Below, piece by piece: positions 40,883-49,264 of a stretch of DNA of 64,000 nt; the first letter of the stretch is position 1; every line of letters begins with the position of its first letter. Below the pieces are notes generated by a model. That model did no database searches. It was not told the origin of the DNA and saw only the letters and a list, made by a program, of their open reading frames with translations. This stretch comes from Neisseriaceae bacterium. Lineage in GTDB: Bacteria; Pseudomonadota; Gammaproteobacteria; Burkholderiales; Chromobacteriaceae. A program made the translations under genes and the position numbers. The stretch spans positions 714 to 64,713 of the forward strand of contig JAIXTB010000133.1 of NCBI GenBank assembly GCA_027484385.1. The letters run 5' to 3'.

Positions 40883-42168
40883 CCCTGCCACTTGTGACAC
40901 CACGCCTGCGCCTGCGCGACTTTTGCGCCAACGATGCCAGCGCCTACTGCCAGCTGCGCAGCAGCGCGGCCTTCGGCCAGCACTACGCCGCGCACGAGCT
41001 CACGCCCACGTTCGGCGCTGCGCTGCTACAGCAGTTCATCGCCCAGCAGCAGGCCACGCCACGGCGCGCCTGGCAGCTGGCCATTACCCTGGCCGAAAGC
41101 GATACGCTCATCGGCTCGGTTGGCTTGCGCCAGACCAGCCTGGCCGGCGAGGCACAGTTCGGCATCGAGCTGGCCCCGGCCTATTGGGGCCAAGGCTACG
41201 CCCGTGAAGCCGGCGCGGCGCTGCTGCACGCCGGCTTCAACCCGCTGGGCCTGCACCGCGTAGAGGCCGACACCCATGCGGCCAACCTGCCGGCACAACG
41301 CCTGGCTGCCAGCCTGGGCTTCGTGCCCAGCCGGCAGGCAGGCGAGCGCCACATCCTGGCGCTGGCACTGAACCTGCCCGGCGTACTGAGCGAGCGCATG
41401 TTGCTGGGGCCACTGGCACAACTAAGCCGCCACCCCGGCTACTGGCAGCTGGCCACCCCCGCGCAGCCGGATTTTTTCTTTGGCAACCTGCTGCTGGCCG
41501 ATCAGGCCCCGCTGGACCGCGCCGCGTGGGAAGCGCGCTTCGATAGCGCCTTTGCCGGCCACGCCGGCGTGCAGCACCGCACTCTGGTATGGGCAATGGA
41601 CGAAGACGACTGCGCCGCACGCTACGCCCACTGGCAGGCTGCCGGCTACGAATACCAGGAAGCCAGCGCACTCTTGCTCACCCGCGACACCCTGCAACCG
41701 GTTGCCCTGCCAGCCAGCTACACCCTGCGCCCGCTGGCCAGCACCGACGACTGGCAGCAATGGGCCGAGCTGATGACCGCCAGCCGCGACCCGGCCTTCG
41801 ACGAAGCCGGCTACCGCCGCTTTCTGGCCGGCAGCCAGCGCCGCTACCAGGCCCTGGAACACGCTGGCCACGGCCATACGTGGGGCGTCTTTGCCGGCGT
41901 ACAACTACAAGCCTGCGCCGGGCTGTACACCTGGCAGACACTGGGGCGCTACCAGCAAGTAGCCACCGCCCCGCAGGCACGCCGCCTGGGTTTGGCCAGC
42001 GGCCTGGTCAGCGCGCTGGCCGACTGGGGGCTGGCGCGCGTACCACGCCTGGTCATCGTGGCCGATGCCCACTACCACGCCATCGATCTGTATCGTAAGC
42101 TGGGTTTCGTTAGCGCCAGCCGCGAAGCCTCGCTGTGCTGGTGGCCGCGCCACAAGGAGCCTGCATGA
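40876..42168 (+). CDS. Double-GNAT fusion (RimJ/RimL-like domain plus second GNAT)
   Basis: TPRLRLR...GIELAPAYWGQGYA..A, then VATAPQARRLGLAS..V. Confidence 0.82.
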   Translation: MLTLPLVTPRLRLRDFCANDASAYCQLRSSAAFGQHYAAHELTPTFGAALLQQFIAQQQATPRRAWQLAITLAESDTLIGSVGLRQTSLAGEAQFGIELAPAYWGQGYAREAGAALLHAGFNPLGLHRVEADTHAANLPAQRLAASLGFVPSRQAGERHILALALNLPGVLSERMLLGPLAQLSRHPGYWQLATPAQPDFFFGNLLLADQAPLDRAAWEARFDSAFAGHAGVQHRTLVWAMDEDDCAARYAHWQAAGYEYQEASALLLTRDTLQPVALPASYTLRPLASTDDWQQWAELMTASRDPAFDEAGYRRFLAGSQRRYQALEHAGHGHTWGVFAGVQLQACAGLYTWQTLGRYQQVATAPQARRLGLASGLVSALADWGLARVPRLVIVADAHYHAIDLYRKLGFVSASREASLCWWPRHKEPA

Positions 42169-43043
42169 CCATCCTGCCTTACGTCCCACACCAGCACGCC
42201 GCGCTGGCGCAGCTCTACCTGGACACGCGCCGCAGCAGCTTTCCCTGGCTGGATAGCCACGCCATGCAGCTGGCCGACTTTGCCCGCGACACCGCCGACG
42301 AAAGCCTGCTGGTCGCGCAAGACGCCCACGGCCAGGTGCTGGGCTTTGCCAGCGTGTACGAAAAAGAAAACTTCCTGCACCACCTGTACGTGGCACCCGC
42401 AGCACAAGGGCAGGGCATAGGCCAGGCCCTGCTGCAGGCCGCCACGCTGCGTTTTACCGCGGTGCCATCGCTGAAATGCTTTGCGGCCAACCCGCGCGCG
42501 CTGGCGTTTTACCGCCAGCAAGGCTGGCAACCAACCGGCGAGGGCGTGGATGCCGCCGGCCACCGCTGGCTACGCCTGCAGGGGCCACAGCCAGGTATCG
42601 TCTTCAGCACCGACTGCGCCCGGCTGGACCGCGAGCTGGTGTACCACTACCTCAGCCGCGAGTCGTATTGGGCTGCCGGCCTGCCACGCGACCTCTTCGA
42701 AGCCTCGCTACAGGGCTCGCTGGTGATCGGCGGCTACCACGCCGACGGCCAGCAGCTGGCCTTTGCCCGCGTGATTACCGACTACGCCACCTTCGGCTAC
42801 CTGGCCGACGTGTTCGTGGTAGATAGCGCGCGCGGTCAGGGCACGGGCAAGGCGCTGATGCGCTACCTACAGCTGCACCCGCGGCTGCAAAACCTGCGCC
42901 GCTTCATGCTGGCCACCGCCGACGCCCACGGCCTGTACGCGCAGTTCGGCTTTGGCGCGCTGGGCAAGCCGGAACGCATCATGGAAAAAGTGGAACCGGC
43001 CATTTACCAACGGTTGGCCGCAGAGCGGGGGCATTTGTCATAA
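42165..43043 (+). CDS. Second double-GNAT fusion
   Basis: LHHLYVAPAAQGQGIG and FGYLADVFV...RGQGTGKAL motifs. Confidence 0.85.
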   Translation: MTILPYVPHQHAALAQLYLDTRRSSFPWLDSHAMQLADFARDTADESLLVAQDAHGQVLGFASVYEKENFLHHLYVAPAAQGQGIGQALLQAATLRFTAVPSLKCFAANPRALAFYRQQGWQPTGEGVDAAGHRWLRLQGPQPGIVFSTDCARLDRELVYHYLSRESYWAAGLPRDLFEASLQGSLVIGGYHADGQQLAFARVITDYATFGYLADVFVVDSARGQGTGKALMRYLQLHPRLQNLRRFMLATADAHGLYAQFGFGALGKPERIMEKVEPAIYQRLAAERGHLS

Positions 43044-43079
43044 ACTGGCAGTATCTGCCAACAAAAACAGAGACATGCC

Positions 43080-43523
43080 ATGTACAAGCTGATATTCGCC
43101 TTACTGCTTCCTACAGCCGCCATAGCCGGCGAACTTACCTGTGAGGTACGCCAGGTTCATGCAGTCGATACCCTCAGCTGCCACGTTGCCGGTCAAGCAC
43201 CCAGATTAGCCAAATTGGCCGCCATCAAGGCATTCGACCCCGCCACGCCAGTCGGCCTGATGGGCCGCACGTATCTGGAAAAACGGCTGCTGGGCAAAAC
43301 CGTGGTACTACGCCAGGATCCACATCGCCCCATGCCCGAACGAGTCTGGCTGCTACTGGATGGCAAAGAGATAAACCTTGAGCTGCTCAATCAAGGCATG
43401 GCGCGTGTCCACCCGGAAGTCAGCGAGGCTGAATACTATATGCAGCAAAACCTTGCCATTCGCGCCGGCCTGGGGCTATGGCACCCGCGCTACGACGCTG
43501 AAACTGGCTCACTCGCCAGGTAA
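43080..43523 (+). CDS. Secreted SNase/thermonuclease-fold protein, catalytic motifs degenerate
   Basis: Signal peptide, VDTL, INLELLNQGMA, AIRAGLGLW C-terminal signature. Confidence 0.65.
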   Translation: MYKLIFALLLPTAAIAGELTCEVRQVHAVDTLSCHVAGQAPRLAKLAAIKAFDPATPVGLMGRTYLEKRLLGKTVVLRQDPHRPMPERVWLLLDGKEINLELLNQGMARVHPEVSEAEYYMQQNLAIRAGLGLWHPRYDAETGSLAR

Positions 43524-43533
43524 GGCAAAAAAG

Positions 43534-44187
43534 ATGACCCGCAAGGTATTCTGGGACGACCCCTATCTGTGCACGCTGGACACCACGGTGGCCACCGTGG
43601 CGGGCGATGAGGTCACGCTGGCCGCCACCATCCTGTACGCCGAAAGCGGCGGGCAGGAAAGCGACCACGGCAGCATAGCCGGCTGGCCGGTGCTGGCAGC
43701 GCGCAAGCAGGAGCAGGACATCGTCTATACCCTACCGCCGCAACATAGCCTGCAGCCCGGCGCGGCCGTGACGCTGCAGCTGGACTGGCCACGGCGCTAC
43801 CGGCTGATGCGGCTGCATTTTGCCGCCGAGCTGATGCTGGAAACGATTTACCAGACCCTGCCGGACGTGGAAAAGATCGGCGCCCACATTGCCGAGCACA
43901 AGGCGCGCATCGACTTTGCGCTGCCGCAAGCCATCACCCCGCACCTGCCTGCCTTGCAGGCCCGCATCGACGCACTGATTGCGGCCAACCTGGCCATCAC
44001 CAGCGCCTTTTCCGACGCGGCCAGCGGCCGCCGCTACTGGGCGCTACCCGGTATCGCCCACGTGCCCTGTGGCGGCACCCACCTGCGCCACAGCGGCGAG
44101 GTTGGCCGCATTGCGCTGAAACGCAAGAACGTGGGCCGTGGCAAGGAGCGGGTGGAAATCACCCTGCTGGACGACGCTCCAACATGA
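43534..44187 (+). CDS. AlaX-type free-standing alanyl-tRNA editing protein
   Basis: ATILYAESGGQESD.G, MRLHFAAE, CGGTH. Confidence 0.88.
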   Translation: MTRKVFWDDPYLCTLDTTVATVAGDEVTLAATILYAESGGQESDHGSIAGWPVLAARKQEQDIVYTLPPQHSLQPGAAVTLQLDWPRRYRLMRLHFAAELMLETIYQTLPDVEKIGAHIAEHKARIDFALPQAITPHLPALQARIDALIAANLAITSAFSDAASGRRYWALPGIAHVPCGGTHLRHSGEVGRIALKRKNVGRGKERVEITLLDDAPT

Positions 44188-44210
44188 CTACACCGCTTAA
44201 AGAAAACACC

Positions 44211-44615
44211 ATGACCGCAGCGCTGCAAGGCAGCTGCCTGTGCGGCGGCGTGCGCTACCAGGTCCAGCAGCTGGACATGCCCATCGTGCATTGCCATTGC
44301 CACACCTGCCGCAAGGCACACGCCGCGCCCTACACCAGCACCGCGGGCGTACTTCGCCAGCACTTTCGCTGGCTGGACGGTGAACACCTGCTGCGCAGCT
44401 TCGAATCGTCGCCCGGCAAGCTGCGCCACTTTTGCAGTGTGTGCGGCAGCCACATCGTGGCCGAACGCCCTGGCCAGCCGCATGTGATCCTGCGTGTGGC
44501 CACGCTGGACGATAGCCCCGACAGCCTGCCGGTGGCGCATATCTGGACCAGCCACCACCTACACTGGCTGGCGCACGACGGCGTGCCGCAGTTTGCCGGC
44601 TGGGCAAAACCATAA
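44211..44615 (+). CDS. GFA/CENP-V family protein
   Basis: GSCLCG, HCHC..CRK, FCSVCGSH; alternative start at 44184. Confidence 0.88.
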   Translation: MTAALQGSCLCGGVRYQVQQLDMPIVHCHCHTCRKAHAAPYTSTAGVLRQHFRWLDGEHLLRSFESSPGKLRHFCSVCGSHIVAERPGQPHVILRVATLDDSPDSLPVAHIWTSHHLHWLAHDGVPQFAGWAKP

Positions 44616-44685
44616 AACCTGCTGACAGCAGGCTGGCAGCAGGGGGCGCATAAGCTGGCGTTTTACCCCACCAGCGGAGCCCGCC

Positions 44686-45054
44686 ATGCCACATTCCATC
44701 GTTGCCAACCTGCAGCTGATCTACGTCAGCGATATCGCCCGTTCCACCGCCTTTTACCAGCAGCTGTTTGCCGCCGCGCCGGTATTCGTCAGCCCACAGT
44801 ACGTGGCCTTTGCCGGCAGCGGCGACGCGCTGTTTGCGCTATGGTCCGGCACGGCACCCGATACTGCCGCCGCACCGCGTGGCGAGATCGGCATCATGCT
44901 GCCAGATGGCAGCACCGTGGCGGCGCTGTATGCGCGCTGGCAGCAGGATGGGCGCCTGAACATCATCAGCCCGCTACGCGAAGAACCCTACGGCCAGACA
45001 TTTGTCCTGGCCGACCCGGACGGGCACCTCATCCGCGTGTGCCAGCGGGATTGA
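44686..45054 (+). CDS. VOC/glyoxalase-bleomycin-resistance family protein
   Basis: IYVSDIARS.AFY, EPYGQTF...DPDGH.I. Confidence 0.85.
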   Translation: MPHSIVANLQLIYVSDIARSTAFYQQLFAAAPVFVSPQYVAFAGSGDALFALWSGTAPDTAAAPRGEIGIMLPDGSTVAALYARWQQDGRLNIISPLREEPYGQTFVLADPDGHLIRVCQRD

Positions 45055-45085
45055 TACGGCTAAGCCGGCGTGCGCGCCGGGCGCC

Positions 45086-45161
45086 GGCTGCTGGCCAGCT
45101 GCACACACAGCACGCTCAGCAGTGGCTGCTGGCCAGCTGCACACACAGCACGCTCAGCAGT
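45086..45161. repeat. Perfect 38-bp tandem duplication in the 3' end of pecM
   Basis: ggctgctggccagctgcacacacagcacgctcagcagt present twice (45086-45123 and 45124-45161). Confidence 0.95.
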
Positions 45162-45979
45162 ACGGTAGCCATACCGGCCAGCGTCCAGCCGTGCAGGCTT
45201 TGCCCCAGCGCTACCCAGCCCAGGATGACCGCCGCCACCGGGCTGAGCAGGCCCAGCGCCGACACCGCCACCGGCGGCAGCAGGCGCAGGCCGCGAAACC
45301 ACAAACCGTAGGCCAGCAGCGCGCCCACCAGCGACAGGTAGGCATAGCCCGCCACGTTGGCCGCAGACAGCGCCGGCATCGGCGGGTCCAGCCACAGTGC
45401 TGCCGGTAGCAGCATCAGCCCGCCCAGCGTTAGCTGCCAGCCGGTTAGCGCCAGCAAGGGCAGGCTGCTGCCCCAGCGCCGCGCCAGATACATGCCCAGC
45501 GCCATCACGATGGCGCCGCCCGCTGCCGCCAGCACACCCAGCGTGTCCCACTGCGCATTGCCCGCATTCAGCAGCACCGCCATGCCGGCCAGGCCCGTGC
45601 ACGCCGCCAGCAACACCAGCGGCCGGGGCGTTTGCTGCTCCAGCAGCCACAGCAAGCCCATCATCAACAGCGGCTGAATCGCCCCCAGTACGGCGGCGAT
45701 ACCACCAGGCAAGCGGTAGGCCGCCATGAACAATAGCGCCTGGAAGGCACCGATATTCAGCAGCGACAGCAGCAGCAAGCGCGGCCACTCCTGCCGTTGC
45801 GGCAGGTGGCGCGTCCACAGCAGCAGGAGCAAGCCGGCCGGCAGTACACGCAATACGCCGGCGCTAAACGGCAGGCCGGGCGGCAACCATTGCGTGGTCA
45901 CCAGGTAAGTGGAGCCCCAGATCAGCGGCACCACGGCAGTTAACAAGGTATCGCGCCACAGGCGGGAAGCGGTCGTCAC
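45116..45979 (-). CDS. pecM: PecM-like EamA/DMT exporter
   Basis: IWGSTYLVTT..LPP...R.LPAGLLLL; divergent from a PecS-type MarR gene. Confidence 0.78.
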   Translation of the reverse strand: MTTASRLWRDTLLTAVVPLIWGSTYLVTTQWLPPGLPFSAGVLRVLPAGLLLLLWTRHLPQRQEWPRLLLLSLLNIGAFQALLFMAAYRLPGGIAAVLGAIQPLLMMGLLWLLEQQTPRPLVLLAACTGLAGMAVLLNAGNAQWDTLGVLAAAGGAIVMALGMYLARRWGSSLPLLALTGWQLTLGGLMLLPAALWLDPPMPALSAANVAGYAYLSLVGALLAYGLWFRGLRLLPPVAVSALGLLSPVAAVILGWVALGQSLHGWTLAGMATVLLSVLCVQLASSHC

Positions 45980-45984
45980 AGTGA

Positions 45985-46060
45985 TATCTCCAATTCAAGA
46001 TATAATCAGCGTATCGATAATTTATCTTTAACTCAAGATATTTATCTTGAACACGAGCTA
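45985..46060. promoter_or_regulatory. Three 18-bp TATCTT-N6-AAGATA-type palindromes (PecS operator candidates)
   Basis: 45985-46002 TATCTCCAATTCAAGATA; 46023-46040 TATCTTTAACTCAAGATA; 46043-46060 TATCTTGAACACGAGCTA. Confidence 0.75.
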
Positions 46061-46072
46061 TCTGGAGCCGGC

Positions 46073-46594
46073 ATGGATACCCCGAACACCCCCGACGCCG
46101 TGGACGCCATCCGCGCACAGTGGCAGCGCGAACGCCCCGACCTGGACACCCGCCACATGGCCATCATCGGCCGCCTGGGCCGCTGCAGCATCCAGCTGCA
46201 AAAACGGTTGAATGACACCTTTGGCCAGTACGGCATCAGCAACTGGGAATTCGACGTGCTGGCCACGCTGCGCCGCAGCGGCACGCCGTATTGCCTGGCA
46301 CCCACCGCGCTGTTTTCCAGCCTGATGCTGTCGTCCGGCACCATGACGCGCCAGCTGCAGCTGCTGGCCGAGCGCGGCCTGGTGTGCCGTCTGCCCAACC
46401 CCGACGACGCGCGCAGCCTGCTGGTGCAGCTCACCCCGCAGGGGCTGGATCTGGTGAACGAGGTAGTGGGCGCGCATGTGGATAACATGGCGCGCATCCT
46501 GGCACCGCTGGACGCCGCACAGCTGGATGCGCTGGACGCGTCGATGAGCGCGCTGCTGGCCACGCTGGAACCCGCCGCGAAAGCGGGGCGCTGA
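46073..46594 (+). CDS. pecS: PecS/UrtR-type MarR regulator
   Basis: VD.I..QW..ERPDLD and EFDVLATLRRSG.P motifs of the urate-responsive MarR subfamily. Confidence 0.8.
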   Translation: MDTPNTPDAVDAIRAQWQRERPDLDTRHMAIIGRLGRCSIQLQKRLNDTFGQYGISNWEFDVLATLRRSGTPYCLAPTALFSSLMLSSGTMTRQLQLLAERGLVCRLPNPDDARSLLVQLTPQGLDLVNEVVGAHVDNMARILAPLDAAQLDALDASMSALLATLEPAAKAGR

Positions 46595-47484
46595 TGCTGC
46601 TGTACGACCTGGCCGCCGTGGGCGCGGCCACCTGCTGGGCCGCTGGCGGCCTGATCGGTGCCACCCCGGCGCGGCACTTCGGCCCGTTTGCCTTCAGCCG
46701 GCTGCGGCTGAGCTTTCTGACCGTGCTACTGGGCGCTGCCAGCCTGGCGCTGGGGGGCTGGGCCACGCTGCACAGCACCGCGCTGCTGCCGCTCGCGCTA
46801 TCGGCGCTGTTCGGCATTTTTCTGGGCGATGCGCTGATGTTCGCCGCCATGAACCGCCTGGGCCCGCGCCGCACCGGCCTGCTGTTTGCCACCCATTCGG
46901 TGTTTTCGGTGGCGCTGGGCGTGCTGCTGCTGGGCGAAGCACTCAGCCTGCAGGCGCTGGCCGGTAGCGTGCTGGTGTTTGGCGGCGTGCTGGTGGCCGT
47001 GGCCTTTGGCCGCCGCGATGGCAGCACCCACCACTGGGAACAAAGCCACGGTGTGAAAGCCGGCGTGGCACTGGGCCTGGCCGCTGCGCTGTGCCAGGCA
47101 TGCGGTACCTTTTTTGCCAAACCGGCCATGGCCAGCGGGCTAGACCCGCTCACCGCCAGCGCGCTGCGCATGGCGATAGGCTGTGCGGCCAACTGGCTGC
47201 TGTGGGCCAGCGGCAGCCGCCTAGCACGCATGGCCAACCCGCCCACGCCGCGCATCCTGGGCCAGCTGGCGCTGAACGGCGTGGTCGCGCTGGGCCTGGG
47301 CATGACGCTGATCATGGTGGCACTGCAAGGCGGCAACGTGGCTACCGTGGGCATGCTGTCGGCGCTAAGCCCGGTGCTGATCCTGCCCATGCTGTGGGCG
47401 GTCACGCGCCAGGCCCCGCCGCTGCTGGGCTGGCTGGGCGCCGCCATCAGCGTAGCCGGCACCGTGCTGCTACTGGGGCGTTAG
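46594..47484 (+). CDS. DMT/EamA-family transporter
   Basis: Ten TM segments, GIFLGD..MF.A...LGP motif; coupled to pecS. Confidence 0.85.
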   Translation: MLLYDLAAVGAATCWAAGGLIGATPARHFGPFAFSRLRLSFLTVLLGAASLALGGWATLHSTALLPLALSALFGIFLGDALMFAAMNRLGPRRTGLLFATHSVFSVALGVLLLGEALSLQALAGSVLVFGGVLVAVAFGRRDGSTHHWEQSHGVKAGVALGLAAALCQACGTFFAKPAMASGLDPLTASALRMAIGCAANWLLWASGSRLARMANPPTPRILGQLALNGVVALGLGMTLIMVALQGGNVATVGMLSALSPVLILPMLWAVTRQAPPLLGWLGAAISVAGTVLLLGR

Positions 47485-47600
47485 GCTCGGCATACCCGCT
47501 ACTGATTATTTCCCTGCGGTAGCGAATCATTTTCTGGATCGCGGGTTTATTGCCAGCCAGTGCAGGGCCACAATGGCACCATCGTTCCCGGAGCCCTGCC

Positions 47601-48278
47601 ATGTCCGAACCCCTGCTTTCCGCGCTGCACACCGACCCGGCCAGTGGCCTGACTTACCGTACCCAGGCGCGGCCACCAGCGCAGGCCAGCCGGCTGCTGG
47701 TATTGCTGCACGGCGTGGGTGGCCACGAACAGCAGCTGGCCGGCCTGCTGCCGCTGCTACCCCCAAACTGGCTGATAGTACTGGTACGTGGCCCACTGCA
47801 GTTCGGGCCGCAGCAGTTTGCCTGGTTCGAGGTACAGTTCGGCAGCGATGGCCCGCGCATCAATGCGCCACAAGCCGAGCACAGTCGGCAGCTATTGCTC
47901 TTGCTGCTGGCCAGCCTGCAATACCAGTTTGGCGTGGTACCGGAACACTGCACCGTGGCTGGCTTCAGCCAGGGCGGCATCATGAGCGCTAGTGTCGCAC
48001 TGACCTCGCCCGGCAGCCTGGGCCACTTTGCCGTGCTGTGCGGGCGCATCCTGCCGGACATTGCGCCCATCCTCGCCGAAAAATCGTCATTGGCGCTGCT
48101 GAACGGCTATCTGTGTCACGGCGAACACGATGACAAACTGCCCTTCAGCTGGGCCGAACGTGCTACCGCCTGGCTGACCGAACTGGGTGTGCCGCACACG
48201 CTGCAGCGCTACCCGGCCGGGCACCAGCTCACCACCGCCATGGCGCAGGACTTCGCCAGCTGGCTAGCCCGCCGCTAA
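47601..48278 (+). CDS. Phospholipase/carboxylesterase alpha/beta hydrolase
   Basis: LLHGVG, GFSQGG nucleophile elbow, HGEHDD, GHQL. Confidence 0.88.
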   Translation: MSEPLLSALHTDPASGLTYRTQARPPAQASRLLVLLHGVGGHEQQLAGLLPLLPPNWLIVLVRGPLQFGPQQFAWFEVQFGSDGPRINAPQAEHSRQLLLLLLASLQYQFGVVPEHCTVAGFSQGGIMSASVALTSPGSLGHFAVLCGRILPDIAPILAEKSSLALLNGYLCHGEHDDKLPFSWAERATAWLTELGVPHTLQRYPAGHQLTTAMAQDFASWLARR

Positions 48279-48289
48279 GCCCGCCACCA

Positions 48290-48331
48290 AAACAATGCGG
48301 CCAACCTTGCCCAAGGTTGGCCGCATTGTTT
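48290..48331. terminator. Bidirectional terminator-like hairpin built from two inverted TGCGGCCAACCT motifs
   Basis: aaacaatgcggccaacctt-gccc-aaggttggccgcattgttt between convergent genes. Confidence 0.8.
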
Positions 48332-48357
48332 ATTAAAAACCTATTAAAAACAGCTGC

Positions 48358-49149
48358 TTACTGGTTGGCGCGCACCCATTTGTGCCACTGTGCAAACAGC
48401 TCGGGGTTCAGCGCGGCGATGGCGGAGCGCTTCCAGATGGTATCGGCCCAGTAGTCGTCGGTGTTCAGGCTGGCGATGCGCCCGCCGGCTTCTTCCAGGA
48501 TCACCGCGCCGGCGGCGTAGTCCCACAGACGCTGGCCGCCGTGCAGGTAAATGTCGTAGCGGCCTGCGGCCAGGAAGCACCAGTCCAGCGTGCTGGAACC
48601 CATGCTGCGCTGGCTGCCAAACGGCGCCACGCTGCCCATGCGTGCGGCCAGCTTGCCGGAGCGCAGGTATTTGATTTCCACGGCGGCGATGGCGTCGCCC
48701 ATACTGTTGGACACGGTTTTCAGCGGCAAGCGCTGGCCGTTCAGGTAGGCACCGCCGCCACGGCGGGCGTAGAACATTTCGTCGGATACCGGGTTGTAGA
48801 TCACGCCCAGCTCGCTCACGCCGTTCACCATCAGCGCCACCGACACGGCAAAGTAGGGCAGGCCGTTAACAAAGTTGGTGGTGCCGTCGATGGGGTCGAC
48901 CACCCACAGGCCGGCCTGGTTGGCCGCCCACAGGGCGTCCTGCTCGGCCATGGTCATTTCTTCGCCCAGCACCGGGTAGGGCAGGATGGCGGGCAGGCGC
49001 TGCTGCAACACCTGCTGGCAGGCCAGATCGGCTTCGGTAAACAGCGAGCCGTCCTCTTTGCGCGTCTTGCCCACGCGCAAAAAGCGCGGCATGACCTCGT
49101 AGCGGGCCACGTCGCGTACGACCTGTATTACCTGATCGACCACTTGCAT
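48358..49149 (-). CDS. Inositol monophosphatase (SuhB-like) family protein
   Basis: TEADL, LGEE, WVVDPIDGTTNF, WDYAAG. Confidence 0.9.
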   Translation of the reverse strand: MQVVDQVIQVVRDVARYEVMPRFLRVGKTRKEDGSLFTEADLACQQVLQQRLPAILPYPVLGEEMTMAEQDALWAANQAGLWVVDPIDGTTNFVNGLPYFAVSVALMVNGVSELGVIYNPVSDEMFYARRGGGAYLNGQRLPLKTVSNSMGDAIAAVEIKYLRSGKLAARMGSVAPFGSQRSMGSSTLDWCFLAAGRYDIYLHGGQRLWDYAAGAVILEEAGGRIASLNTDDYWADTIWKRSAIAALNPELFAQWHKWVRANQ

Positions 49150-49264
49150 CCATCTCTCCTCTCGCGCTGCGGGCAGGCCCGCTTACCACCGTGTAATGTT
49201 TATGTTGTTGCACGTGCAGCAAACCAAGCAAAATACCGTTATCAACACGAACGATCAACACACC

